Origin: Longimicrobiales bacterium
GTDB lineage: Bacteria > Gemmatimonadota > Gemmatimonadetes > Longimicrobiales > Gaopeijiaceae
Assembly: GCA_041690395.1 (NCBI GenBank)
Contig: JAWLHJ010000001.1
Coordinates: 32,001-96,000 of the forward strand
DNA length: 64,000 bases
Direction of reading: 5' to 3'
Shown: piece by piece, positions 1 to 9,627 of the stretch
Layout of the letters: every line of letters begins with the position of its first letter
Numbering within the stretch: position 1 is the first letter of the stretch
The notes under the pieces: generated by a model
What the model was told of the DNA's origin: nothing
What the model saw: the letters and a program-made list of their open reading frames with translations, nothing else
Databases searched by the model: none
Position numbers and translations under genes: made by a program

Positions 1-2
1 TC

Positions 3-1265
3 TTCCAGGAGCGCGCGGGCATCTTCGGATTCGACACGGGAGCCGAGCGGGGGACGCTCTTCTATTCGCGCCGGATCGGGTTGGCCGACGGTCTCCCCGT
101 CCGAATCCTCGGTGGAGGGCGTGCCGTCGGGCGGGTGGGCGCCTGGGACCTCGGCGCCATAGGCATGAGGACCGCGGCCGAGCGTGGGCTCCCGGGCGAG
201 ACGTTCGGGGTGCTGCGCCTCCGCCGGCAGGTCTTCAACCCACACTCGTCCATCGGCACCATGGGCACGAGCCGGTCCGGCGGCGACGGGGCGTACAACG
301 TCACCTACGGAGTCGACGGGTCGTTCCGCGTGACCGGCGACGAGTACCTGACCCTGAAGTGGCTGCAGACGGTTCAGGGCGGGACCGCGACGCTCGACGC
401 CGCCCCCGACGGCCTCGACGCAGCCCGGGTCGTGGTCGACTGGACGCGCCGCAAGCTCGGCGGCCTCAGCTATCAGCTGACCGGAACGTGGTCCGGCGCT
501 GGGTACGACCCGGGGGTCGGCTTCGAGCCACGTAGCGATTTCACCCGGGGACAGGCCGATCTCAACTACGTCTGGCTCCCGGGATCGGACGCACCCTTCC
601 GCCGGATCTGGCTCGGCGCCGAGAACAACGTGTGGGTCCGCAACGCCGACGACCGCGTGGATACCGGCCAGCTCAAGCCGTTCCTCCAGCTCGAGACCCG
701 TGCGGGGATGATCCTCAAGGGCTCGACGACCACGCGCTACGAGAACGTCCCGGAGACGTTCGAGCTGTCGGCGGACGCGGTGGTCCCGGCGGGCAGCTAC
801 TGGGCGACCGAGGGAGCACTGGAGCTCCGGCCGGTGCGTGCATGGCCCATCCGGCCCAGGATCACCCTGACGGCGGGGGAGTTCTTCGACGGTACGCGGA
901 CCGGCGTCGACGCCGAGGTGACCTGGCCGGCGAGCCGGCACCTCGAGGTCGTCGGCGGGTGGGAGTGGAACCGCATCGACTTCGACGCGCGCGGCGAGTC
1001 CTTCGACGCCACGCTCGCCCGGCTCACGCTCCGTGGCGCGCTCAACGTGCGTGTCTCGATGGACGCATTCGCGCAGTACAGCTCAATGACCGACCAGGTG
1101 ACCACGAACACCCGCTTCCGCTACAACTTCCGGGAGGGCCAGGATCTCTGGCTGGTGTGGAACGAGGGGCTGAACGTGGAGCGGGACCGGACCGGGTTGC
1201 CCCGCCTGCCGTTCGAGGACGCGCGCACGCTCACCGTGAAGTACACGCACACGCTGATCTTCTGA
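3..1265 (+). CDS. DUF5916-type outer-membrane protein, 5'-truncated by the window edge
   Basis: Frame open from nt 3: FQERAGIFGFD...LFYSRRIG motif typical of DUF5916; beta-strand-rich C-terminus ending in F. Confidence 0.75.
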   Translation, partial: FQERAGIFGFDTGAERGTLFYSRRIGLADGLPVRILGGGRAVGRVGAWDLGAIGMRTAAERGLPGETFGVLRLRRQVFNPHSSIGTMGTSRSGGDGAYNVTYGVDGSFRVTGDEYLTLKWLQTVQGGTATLDAAPDGLDAARVVVDWTRRKLGGLSYQLTGTWSGAGYDPGVGFEPRSDFTRGQADLNYVWLPGSDAPFRRIWLGAENNVWVRNADDRVDTGQLKPFLQLETRAGMILKGSTTTRYENVPETFELSADAVVPAGSYWATEGALELRPVRAWPIRPRITLTAGEFFDGTRTGVDAEVTWPASRHLEVVGGWEWNRIDFDARGESFDATLARLTLRGALNVRVSMDAFAQYSSMTDQVTTNTRFRYNFREGQDLWLVWNEGLNVERDRTGLPRLPFEDARTLTVKYTHTLIF

Positions 1266-1299
1266 CGGATCGGGGAGAGTCGAAGGCGCAGCGGGCGAC

Positions 1300-2721
1300 T
1301 CAGGCCTCCGCGTCGCGCCCGATCGCCTCGACCATGTCGCTGAAGATCAGCGCGTGGAACGGGTAGACGCCGTACCAGTAGAGCCACCCGAAGAACCCCG
1401 TCGGCACGAAGAAGGCCGTCTGGACGAGCTTCGTCCCCGACCCTTCGGGGATCGCTTCGAACTGGAGCCAGGCCCGACCGGGCACCTTCATCTCGGCACG
1501 GAGGCGCAGCAGCTTACCCGGCTGCCACTCCTCCACGCGCCAGAAATCGACCGCCTCGCCGGGATAGAGGTCGACCGGGTGGCGCCGGCCGCGCCGCAGC
1601 CCCGGTCCCCCGACCAGCTGGTCGAGGAGGCCGCGTGCTTCCCAGGCCCAGCGCCACACGAGCCAGCCGCGCTCACCGCCCAGGCTGGAGAACGACCGGG
1701 CCACCCGTTCCGGCGGAGCGTCGACGTGACGGGTCCGCACCTCGCGGATCAGCCCTTCACGATCCTCCAGGCGGACGCGCGGGTCGCTGCCGCCACCGCT
1801 GAGGGACCACCGGGTCGACACCTCGCCGGCACGGGTCCGGTCGAGCGCCCGCGATACGGCCTCCTTGTAGGGCATCGGCTCGATGTCCGGGAAGAGGCTG
1901 CGGGCACGCGACGTGTCGCCGACGACCGGATGCACCACGCCCTCGATGAGCGGCACCGCGATCGAGTTCGGGATCGGCGTCACGAGCCCGACCCACAAGG
2001 CGGCGAGCCTCGGCGCGAGGACCGGAACCGGCACGATCAGCCTGGGAAGGCCCCGTACCTCGGCGTACCCCTCCATCATCTGCTTGAACGTGAGCGGCTC
2101 GGTCCCGATGTCGATGGCGCCGAGCGTGTCTTCGCGCCCGACCGCGGCCACCAGGTAGGAGAGCGCGTCCCGGACGGCGATGGGGCGCACCGCGTTCAGA
2201 ATCCAGCGGGGCGCCACCATGGCCGGGAGGCGCTCCGTGAGGTAGCGGACCATCTCGAACGAGGCCGACCCGCTTCCGATGACGGGACCCGCCCGGAACT
2301 CGGTCGTGGGCAGCGACTCACCGAGGATCCGGCCGATCTCGCCGCGGCTCTCCAGGTGCGAGGACCGCGGCCGGCCGTCGTCGTCCACGGGAAGGATCCC
2401 CCCGAGATAGATCACCTGCCGCACACCGCGGGCCGCCGCGACGAAGTTCCCGGCGGCGCGTCGGTCACGCTCCTCGAAGTCCTCGCCCGAGGCCATCGAA
2501 TGCACCAGATAGAAGGCCACGTCGACGCCCTCGAGCACGGGTCCGAGCGAATCGGGCTCGAGGAGGTCCCCGCGCACGATCTCCACGCGGTCCGCCCAAC
2601 TTCGCGAGCGGGCGCGCTCGGGGTCGCGGGCCATGACACGGACGTCGAATCCCGCGCCGAGCAGGCGTTCCACCAGCCGACCACCGACGTAGCCGGTGGC
2701 TCCAGTGACGAGGATCTTCAG
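1300..2721 (-). CDS. YbjT-like atypical SDR oxidoreductase with C-terminal DUF2867
   Basis: In-frame KILVTGATGYVGG Rossmann motif upstream of the track's GTG (2673); GSGSASFEM and AEMKVPGRAWLQF motifs; probable CTG start at 2721 overlapping the upstream TGA. Confidence 0.85.
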   Translation of the reverse strand: MKILVTGATGYVGGRLVERLLGAGFDVRVMARDPERARSRSWADRVEIVRGDLLEPDSLGPVLEGVDVAFYLVHSMASGEDFEERDRRAAGNFVAAARGVRQVIYLGGILPVDDDGRPRSSHLESRGEIGRILGESLPTTEFRAGPVIGSGSASFEMVRYLTERLPAMVAPRWILNAVRPIAVRDALSYLVAAVGREDTLGAIDIGTEPLTFKQMMEGYAEVRGLPRLIVPVPVLAPRLAALWVGLVTPIPNSIAVPLIEGVVHPVVGDTSRARSLFPDIEPMPYKEAVSRALDRTRAGEVSTRWSLSGGGSDPRVRLEDREGLIREVRTRHVDAPPERVARSFSSLGGERGWLVWRWAWEARGLLDQLVGGPGLRRGRRHPVDLYPGEAVDFWRVEEWQPGKLLRLRAEMKVPGRAWLQFEAIPEGSGTKLVQTAFFVPTGFFGWLYWYGVYPFHALIFSDMVEAIGRDAEA

Positions 2722-4505
2722 GAGCCGGCGCCGCCCACCACCGCGAGGGGCACGTCGCCGAGCCCGCTACGTTGGGGATTCTGCCGCCCACTCGTTTCCG
2801 AGCGGACGTTGCGCGCGACGTGGTCGAACAGCTCGGTGAACGTCACGATCCCGTCCTGGTCGCCGTCTCCCGCGCCGCGCAGGCCGTCGAGCACGAAGTG
2901 GGTGAAGACGCCGTGTCCGCCCCAGCGGGCGTCCTCGAGGCTCAGCTCGTTCGTGTCGGCCGCCGTCATCATGAGCCGCCGGGAGGGCGTGAAGAGCTCC
3001 TGGAAGCCGCCCGCGATTCTGTTCCCGGGGGCGTCGCCGAGGGTCTCCCCGTCGGCGGTGCCGGCCGAGTGGCAGGCGTCGGCGATCACGATCACCCGTT
3101 CGGCGGCGATGTGGCGCCGAAGGGCCGTCTTCACGTCCCACATCGGGAAGCCGGTCGCGGCGAGCGAGCCGAGCTCCGCGTCGGCCGGCAGCAGGTAGAG
3201 GTTGTCGGGCCGACCCGGGTCGGGCGCGCCGTGACCCGCGAAGTAGATCACCACCAGGTCGTCGAAATCCGCCTGCTGGAGGAAGACGAAGAGCGCGTCG
3301 CGCATGGCGGCGCCGGTGGCGGCCTCGTCCTCCAGGTAGAGCACCTCGTCGAACGGCCCGGCCGCATCGCTCTCGAAGAAGTCGCGGATCGCGCGCGCGT
3401 CCGAGGGCGCGTACGCGAGATCCGGGATCTCCGGCGAGGCATAGTCACCCACGCCGATCACCACGGCCCATCGCCGGTCGATTCGGGGCGCGGCGGAGGC
3501 GGTCACCGTCTCGCCCCGGATGCCCCGGGCGAGGATCGGAACCGTGTCACGGCTGATGGGGAGCGTGAACTCGCGGGTGAAGCGACGGGCCTCGGCGCCA
3601 CCCACGCCCAGTCGCTCGGCCTCTTCCCTGGTGAGCGGCTCGAGCAGCGCCGGCTGCCCGTCGACCTGGACCTCGGACGTTGCGCCGACGACCACGCCCT
3701 CGAGCCGGACGACATTCTGTACGTCCGAGCGCCCCCGGTCCCCCCGCTTCACCACGCCGAGCCCCCGGGTCGCGGCGCCGTCGGCCGGCAGCACGTCCGC
3801 GCGGGTCACGGCCAGGGCCGGCGTCCCGGAGCCCGACGCGATCCGGACGCTCGACTCGACCGAGCCCGGGTCGGGAGCCCAGTAGGCCTCCTCCTCCCAT
3901 TCGCGGGCCTCCCAATCGTTGATGATCGGGCCCACGAACCGGGTGATCGCCTCCCGGGTCGCTTCCCGGACCGCCAGGGCTCGCGCCGCCTGGTCCGTCG
4001 CCTCGAGGGCCCGCGCGTCCGCCACGGCATCCGCCACGACGTCGCCCAGGTCGAGGCGAAGCGCACGCACCGAGACCTCGGCGGTCCCCGTCACCAGGGT
4101 GCCGCTCACCGCGTCTGGACGCGTCGCGAAGTCCGCGACACCCAGGATCAGGAGCTGCGCGCCCCAATCCCTGCCGAGCTGCGTGGCGGCGCCGTCATTG
4201 CCGGCCGTCGCGGCCTCGACCAGAGCCTGCGAGGCCTCGTCGATGGCGAGCGCCGGGTCGATGACGGGGAAGCCGGCCTCGCGCAGGAACGCCGTCATCT
4301 CGCGGGCCGCGACCTTGCCCCGGCCCTCTTCCTGGATGAACACCAGCGTGCGCGGGAGGTCGGTCTCGAAGGCGATCTCCTGGGCCGCCGCGGCCGTCGG
4401 GGCCGCGGCCTGAAGCGCAGGGGCTCCCACCAAAGCGGCGCCGGTCGCGACGCGGCCGAGGACCGTCCACATCCGGTCCCGCCGGGACACCGCGCGACGG
4501 CTCAT
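2718..4505 (-). CDS. Exported caspase-family (peptidase C14) protein with N-terminal CsgG/FlgT-like domain
   Basis: WAVVIGVGDY, YFAGHG (His) and IADACHS (Cys) motifs, GHGVFT, QNPQ; N-terminal signal peptide ending AAAQ; ATG 4505 overlaps the upstream stop. Confidence 0.85.
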   Translation of the reverse strand: MSRRAVSRRDRMWTVLGRVATGAALVGAPALQAAAPTAAAAQEIAFETDLPRTLVFIQEEGRGKVAAREMTAFLREAGFPVIDPALAIDEASQALVEAATAGNDGAATQLGRDWGAQLLILGVADFATRPDAVSGTLVTGTAEVSVRALRLDLGDVVADAVADARALEATDQAARALAVREATREAITRFVGPIINDWEAREWEEEAYWAPDPGSVESSVRIASGSGTPALAVTRADVLPADGAATRGLGVVKRGDRGRSDVQNVVRLEGVVVGATSEVQVDGQPALLEPLTREEAERLGVGGAEARRFTREFTLPISRDTVPILARGIRGETVTASAAPRIDRRWAVVIGVGDYASPEIPDLAYAPSDARAIRDFFESDAAGPFDEVLYLEDEAATGAAMRDALFVFLQQADFDDLVVIYFAGHGAPDPGRPDNLYLLPADAELGSLAATGFPMWDVKTALRRHIAAERVIVIADACHSAGTADGETLGDAPGNRIAGGFQELFTPSRRLMMTAADTNELSLEDARWGGHGVFTHFVLDGLRGAGDGDQDGIVTFTELFDHVARNVRSETSGRQNPQRSGLGDVPLAVVGGAGS

Positions 4506-5272
4506 CACCCCTCTCCCCCCAGCCGCTCGAGCGCCCGGCGTGCACCCGGGTGCTCCGGGTGGATCTCCAGCGCCCGCTCGTAGTGCTCGACCGCTCGCCC
4601 GATGTCGCCACGGTCCTCGAAGTCGACCGCGCGGCTGAACTCGATCGTCGCCGCCACGGGGATCGGCGCGACCTCCGGCCGACCGGACGGCGGCGTCAGG
4701 CTCAGCTCGGCCCCGAAGTCGTCGGCGAGCTCGACCACGACCCCGAGGAGCGCGTCGGTCCGGTCGTTCTTCTTCATGACGGCGACGATCTCGGACGTCT
4801 CGACGTCGACCGCCCGGATGTCCATGCGGAGGTCGTCCACGATGCTCGTGACCTGACCGTGGAGCACGTAGTGCACGCCGAGGAGCTTCCCGATCTCGAT
4901 GGCGCTCGACTCGTCGAGCCGACCCGAGAGGGCCAGGTCCTGCTCGCGCAGTAGGTCCTGGATCTCCGCTCGCTCCACGACCACCATGCCGGAGCGGCCG
5001 CTGAACTCGGTCACGAGCATGGCGGACACGGCCTTGCCGAGGCTGACCTGCGCGTCGGCCCCCGCACCCATCATGAAGCCGGTGAAGTCCATGACCGCGA
5101 CGGTCGGGAGATCCTGCTGCGCCGCGACCGACGTCGTGCCTCCAGGCCCCGTGAGCGACCAGGCCAGCACGAGGCCCAGCGACCGCGCGAGCCGTCGGAC
5201 CCACCTCACCCACCGAGCCTCCGAGGCGAGTGGAACGGGCGTGGCGGCACGTCTGTGGGAAGCTGCGAACAT
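4505..5272 (-). CDS. CsgG/HfaB-family exported protein with C-terminal TPR
   Basis: VAVMDF...VVERAEIQDLLREQDL...IGKLLGVHYVLHG signature; TPR-like AVEHYERALEIHP; start uncertain. Confidence 0.8.
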   Translation of the reverse strand: MFAASHRRAATPVPLASEARWVRWVRRLARSLGLVLAWSLTGPGGTTSVAAQQDLPTVAVMDFTGFMMGAGADAQVSLGKAVSAMLVTEFSGRSGMVVVERAEIQDLLREQDLALSGRLDESSAIEIGKLLGVHYVLHGQVTSIVDDLRMDIRAVDVETSEIVAVMKKNDRTDALLGVVVELADDFGAELSLTPPSGRPEVAPIPVAATIEFSRAVDFEDRGDIGRAVEHYERALEIHPEHPGARRALERLGGEG

Positions 5273-5441
5273 GGGGTCTCCACGGGAGGAGCCGGACGCG
5301 AAATCCTTAGTTTTGCCGCGGTTTCGGCCGTATCCTATAATTTACCGACGCTCGCGGGGGGATGCGAGACATTCGCCAGGAGGCCCCGCGCCCACCTCCG
5401 TCGCCGCCGGCCTGCTTCGCCTGGAAAGGATCCTTCCATCG

Positions 5442-6857
5442 ATGTGTGACCCCACGAGCCGCGGCGCGCCCAGGGAATCTGGTCGCCGGAGCTCTCGCCC
5501 CGGTCCGAGACGACGGCTCGCCTGCGTGATCGCGGGAGCCGCCTGGATCCTGTCGGCGTGCGCGACGGGACTCCCGGACGTGGGTCCCGCGGATATCCCA
5601 CGGCTCTCGTCCGAGGTGTCGGACCGGCCGGACGACCTCGAGTTGCGCGTGCGGCTCGGGATCGCGCAGTACCGTGCCGGCGCCCACGACGCGGCGCTCG
5701 CGAGCCTGCGGGTCGCGGTCGAGGGTGGTCACGCGAGCGGACCGGCGCTCCTGCACCTCGGCCTCGTGCACGAGCAGCGTGAGGAGTGGAGCGAGGCCCT
5801 CGACGCGTACGGCCGCCATCTCGACCAGGATCCGTCCGGGGCGATCCGGGGCGACGTGGAGGCCCGGGTCCGCCTCATGGGCCGGAATCTACTCGCGGAG
5901 CGTGCCCGGGAGGCGCTCGCCCTGGAAGGGCGCGTGGCGGACGCCGAGACCGTCACCCCGCGCTCGGTCGCGATCCTCCCGTTCGCCTTCAACTCGCCGC
6001 GTGCCGAGCTCGAGCCCCTGATCTACGCGCTCGCCGACATGATGAGCACGGACTTCGCCCTGTCCAACGCCCTGGTCGTGCTCGAGCGCGCCCAGGTGCA
6101 GACGCTTCTCGACGAGATGGCGCTGACCGCGGCCGGATACGCGGAGCCCTCGACCGGCGCGAGAGCGGGGCGGCTGCTCAGGGCGGAGCACGTGGTTCAG
6201 GGCGTCCTCACGACGCTCGGTGGAGATCGCCTCCAGACCGACGCCGAGGTCATGAGCGTGGCGAGCTCGTCGGGGGTGGGCGGGGTGAGCGAGAGCGCCG
6301 CGCTCGATGATCTCTTCACGATGGAGAAGGCCCTGGTCATCGGCACCATCCGTGACGTCCTCGGGCTGGAGCTGACACCGGCCGAGGAGCAGGCGATCCT
6401 CGAGAACCGCATGGACAACGTTCTGGCCTTCCTCGCATACGGGGAGGGCCTCCGGGAGATGGACCGTGGCGACTTCGCCGCCGCCCGCGAGCGGTTCGAG
6501 GCGGCCCGGGCGCTCGAGGGGCCCGGGAACCCTATGCTGGAGTCGGCGCTCGAAGCCTCGACGGAGCTGACCACGGCGAGTGAGACGGACGCGGGCACCC
6601 TCGCCACGCGGGCAGGCGAGCCGAGCGTTCTCGGCGCCTCCTCCCGCGGCCGCCTCACGGGTCTGACGGACGGCATTGCGCCGACACCCGCGTCGGGGCT
6701 CCTGGACATCCGCTCCGGAGACCAGGGCTCGACCCGGACGAACGACTCGGGCGACACCGAGCGGGACCCCATCGCGGAGGCGACGGGCGACATCGGCCTG
6801 ACCGGCTCCGGTGCCACGATCCGGCTGGTCATCCCGAGGCCGGGAGGTGATCGGTGA
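5442..6857 (+). CDS. TPR + CsgG-like lipoprotein
   Basis: AAAGGA RBS, lipobox LSAC, TPR helices, VAILPF...LERAQVQTLLDE...AGRLLRAEHVVQG. Confidence 0.75.
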   Translation: MCDPTSRGAPRESGRRSSRPGPRRRLACVIAGAAWILSACATGLPDVGPADIPRLSSEVSDRPDDLELRVRLGIAQYRAGAHDAALASLRVAVEGGHASGPALLHLGLVHEQREEWSEALDAYGRHLDQDPSGAIRGDVEARVRLMGRNLLAERAREALALEGRVADAETVTPRSVAILPFAFNSPRAELEPLIYALADMMSTDFALSNALVVLERAQVQTLLDEMALTAAGYAEPSTGARAGRLLRAEHVVQGVLTTLGGDRLQTDAEVMSVASSSGVGGVSESAALDDLFTMEKALVIGTIRDVLGLELTPAEEQAILENRMDNVLAFLAYGEGLREMDRGDFAAARERFEAARALEGPGNPMLESALEASTELTTASETDAGTLATRAGEPSVLGASSRGRLTGLTDGIAPTPASGLLDIRSGDQGSTRTNDSGDTERDPIAEATGDIGLTGSGATIRLVIPRPGGDR

Positions 6858-8011
6858 GCGCGCGGGCCCGGAGCGGTGTTGCCCTGCTCCTCTCCCTCGG
6901 CGTCCCACTGCTCGCGGCCCCACTGGGCGCCCAGGTACCGGCCCAGCGCTCGCTCGGCGTCGGCGTCGAGCTGGTGGGCTACTCGTTCGACGCGGGGCTC
7001 GGAGCCGACGCGGCGGACCTCCTGCTCCTTCCTGTTGCCGGCCGGACGCCGCTCGGCGCGCGCGGCTCGCTGGACGTCTACGGGGCCTGGGCGCGCGGCC
7101 GGGTCGAGGTCGACGACGCCGACCTCTCGCTGTCGGGACCGGTAGACACCCAGGTCCGGTTGGGCTTCCAGGCCACGCCGTGGGCGCTCCTCACCGTGGG
7201 CGCTCAACTCCCCACCGGACGCGCCTCCCACGACGGAGAGGAAGCCATCGTGGCCTCCGTGCTGGCCACCGAGCTGCTCGGCTTCGGTGAGAGCAGCTGG
7301 GGGACCGGCGCCGCGCTGACGACATCCCTCGCGACCGCCCGGGAGATGGGCGCGTGGGGCGTGGGAGCGGCCCTGGCCTACGCCGCTCGCGGCTCCTTCG
7401 CGCCGGACGAGTCCGACACCGACTTCCGCTACGAGCCGGGCGACGAGCTCCGGGTCCGCTTAGGCGCCGACCGCAACATCGGGGACAACACGCTCACCTT
7501 CGGCGGCACGTTCATCTCGTACGGCGACGACCGGGCGAATGCCCGCAACCTGTTCCGGGCGGGCGACCGGCTCCGGTTCGACGCGAGCTACGCGTTCCGC
7601 GCCGGCGCCGGCGTCTGGACCGTCTACGCGTCGGACGTGCTCCGCGCGAACGGCGATCTGACCCTCGACCTGGTCGACGACTTCGGAGCGGTGGTCGGCG
7701 ACACGACGGTCGCGACCGCCGAGCAGAACCTCCTGGTGGCTGGATTGGTGGGCGCCGTGGGATTAGGCTCAGGGTTCGTGTTCCGCCCCATCGTCGACCT
7801 GAGGCTTCAGTCCCGGACCGAGCCCGACGGCTCGGACGCCGGCTCCGGCTGGATCCTCGGGCTGGGTGGGGATCTCCCGATACGCTTCTTCAGTCGCTCG
7901 GAGATCTTTCCCAGAGCGCGCCTCCTCCTCGGATCGATTCGTGATCGACGGGGGGAGGGCGTGGGGGTCCGGGGACTCGAGCTTCGAACCACACTCCGCT
8001 GGTCACCGTGA
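6854..8011 (+). CDS. Putative outer-membrane beta-barrel protein
   Basis: Signal peptide (LGAQ), alternating amphipathic strands, terminal LRW; GTGA overlap with the upstream gene. Confidence 0.6.
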   Translation: MSARARSGVALLLSLGVPLLAAPLGAQVPAQRSLGVGVELVGYSFDAGLGADAADLLLLPVAGRTPLGARGSLDVYGAWARGRVEVDDADLSLSGPVDTQVRLGFQATPWALLTVGAQLPTGRASHDGEEAIVASVLATELLGFGESSWGTGAALTTSLATAREMGAWGVGAALAYAARGSFAPDESDTDFRYEPGDELRVRLGADRNIGDNTLTFGGTFISYGDDRANARNLFRAGDRLRFDASYAFRAGAGVWTVYASDVLRANGDLTLDLVDDFGAVVGDTTVATAEQNLLVAGLVGAVGLGSGFVFRPIVDLRLQSRTEPDGSDAGSGWILGLGGDLPIRFFSRSEIFPRARLLLGSIRDRRGEGVGVRGLELRTTLRWSP

Positions 8012-8015
8012 CGCC

Positions 8016-9104
8016 ATGACCCCCGACATCAAACGCATCGCGATCAACACCGGCGGCGGCGACGCCCCGGGGCTCAACGCCGTCATCCGGTCGGTGGTGC
8101 TCGCCGCAGATGGCCTCGGATGGGAGGTGTACGGCATCCTCGACTCCTACGACGGGCTCTTCCGCGAGAACGGCGTGGTGCGCCTCAGCCGGGAGTCCGT
8201 ACGCGGGATCACGCACCAGGGCGGAACCATCCTGGGCACGACCAACCGCGGGAATCCGCTGCGTTATCCGGTAACCGACCCGGATGGGACCGTCCGTTAC
8301 GAGGACCGCTCCCAGGCCGTCATCGACAACCTCGCCGAGCGCGGGATCGACGCCCTCGTCGCGGTTGGCGGCGACGGCTCACTCGAGATCGCGCACGGGT
8401 TGGCCGAGAAGGGGCTGAAGGTCGTGGGCGTGCCGAAGACCATCGACAACGATCTGGAGGCCACCCAGCTCACGTTCGGGTTCCTGACCGCCGTCGAGAC
8501 CGCAACCGACGCGCTCGACAAGCTCCACTCGACGGCCGAGGCGCACGAGCGCGTGATGGTCGTGGAGCTCATGGGTCGCCACGCCGGCTGGATCGCGCTC
8601 TTCGCCGGGCTCGCCGGCACCGCCGACGTGATCCTCATTCCCGAGATCCCCTACGACATGGAGCGCGTCTGCGAGAAGATCGAGGACCGTTACCGTACCG
8701 GTCGCAACTTCGCGATCGTCGTCGTGGCCGAAGGCGCCTTCCCGATCGGCGGCGAGCCGGTGTTCAAGACGGCGGGGAGCGGAGAGAAGCGCCTCGGCGG
8801 CCTCGCGCATCAGGTCGCGACCGAGATCGCCGAGCGGACCGGCCGGGAGACGCGCGACCTCGTGCTCGGACACCTCCAGCGCGGGGGCGGCCCGATCGCC
8901 TACGACCGCCTCCTGGCGCTCCGCTTCGGGACCGCGGCCGTGAAGCTGCTGTCCGAGGGTTCCTTCGGATGCATGGTCGCGCTCGACCCGCCGATGGTGC
9001 GCGCCGTCCCGCTCGGCGAGGCGATCGCGAAGACCAAGCTGGTACCATTGGACGGCGACATCGTCCAGACGGCGCGCGCGATGGGGGTCTGCCTCGGGGA
9101 CTGA
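8016..9104 (+). CDS. pfkA: 6-phosphofructokinase (PfkA family, group III-like)
   Basis: TGGGDAPGLN, GGTILGT, GGDGS, PKTIDND, VELMGR and LGHLQRGG motifs. Confidence 0.93.
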   Translation: MTPDIKRIAINTGGGDAPGLNAVIRSVVLAADGLGWEVYGILDSYDGLFRENGVVRLSRESVRGITHQGGTILGTTNRGNPLRYPVTDPDGTVRYEDRSQAVIDNLAERGIDALVAVGGDGSLEIAHGLAEKGLKVVGVPKTIDNDLEATQLTFGFLTAVETATDALDKLHSTAEAHERVMVVELMGRHAGWIALFAGLAGTADVILIPEIPYDMERVCEKIEDRYRTGRNFAIVVVAEGAFPIGGEPVFKTAGSGEKRLGGLAHQVATEIAERTGRETRDLVLGHLQRGGGPIAYDRLLALRFGTAAVKLLSEGSFGCMVALDPPMVRAVPLGEAIAKTKLVPLDGDIVQTARAMGVCLGD

Positions 9105-9191
9105 CCCCGCCTTGCGCCCCCCGCCCCTCGTGCCGAAGGTAGCCGGGCCGAACCAAAGCCGCCGACTCCACCTCCGAACACGAGGACCGTC

Positions 9192-9323
9192 ATGACGCAG
9201 CAGCAGCCCCCGTCCAAGGCCGAGGCGCGCGCACGCTTCCGGCGCACGCTCGTCCGGGTCCTCGTCGTGCAGGCCGTCGCGCTCGCCGCGCTGGCCGCCC
9301 TCCAGATCCGGTACGGCATCTAG
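9192..9323 (+). CDS. 43-aa single-TM small protein (below ORF-track cutoff)
   Basis: GAGGA RBS; MTQQQPPSKAEARARFRRTLVRVLVVQAVALAALAALQIRYGI*; GC3-rich codons; its stop would overlap the symporter ATG if the MITE is removed. Confidence 0.7.
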   Translation: MTQQQPPSKAEARARFRRTLVRVLVVQAVALAALAALQIRYGI

Positions 9324-9627
9324 CAGGTCGCTGGAAGAGGGGAGTGCACCGCGCGCAGGGGTCTTGCGCGTGTTCAGCCAAGGAACGACGACGAGTCGTA
9401 GCAGAGCTACGGCGAGGAGAAGAGACGATGGATCAACCGCGCAACACCCCTGCGCCCAACACCGCATCGTTTTCCGACCTACACGGTTGCGGGTTACGGC
9501 GGCACGACCCCGTCCCGGTCGTTGGCGCTCCTCCGCGTAGCTATGGCTATGCAGTCGTCGCTCCGCCTACGGCCCGGGGTCGTGACACTCGTAACGCGGT
9601 GCACTCCCCTCTTCCAGCGACCTGCTA
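9321..9627. mobile_element. MITE-like non-autonomous element, ~305 bp, TA target duplication
   Basis: Perfect 33-bp inverted repeat TAGCAGGTCGCTGGAAGAGGGGAGTGCACCGCG (9321-9353) / 9595-9627 including terminal TA; further internal imperfect inverted repeats; no transposase. Confidence 0.85.

Noticed and set aside
4506..5213. N-terminal extension of the caspase ORF to 831 aa
   Set aside because: It overlaps the CsgG-TPR gene in another frame; signal peptide and coupling indicate ATG 4505.
4505..6857. Curli secretion operon
   Set aside because: CsgG-like domains only; no csgA/B/E/F-like genes.
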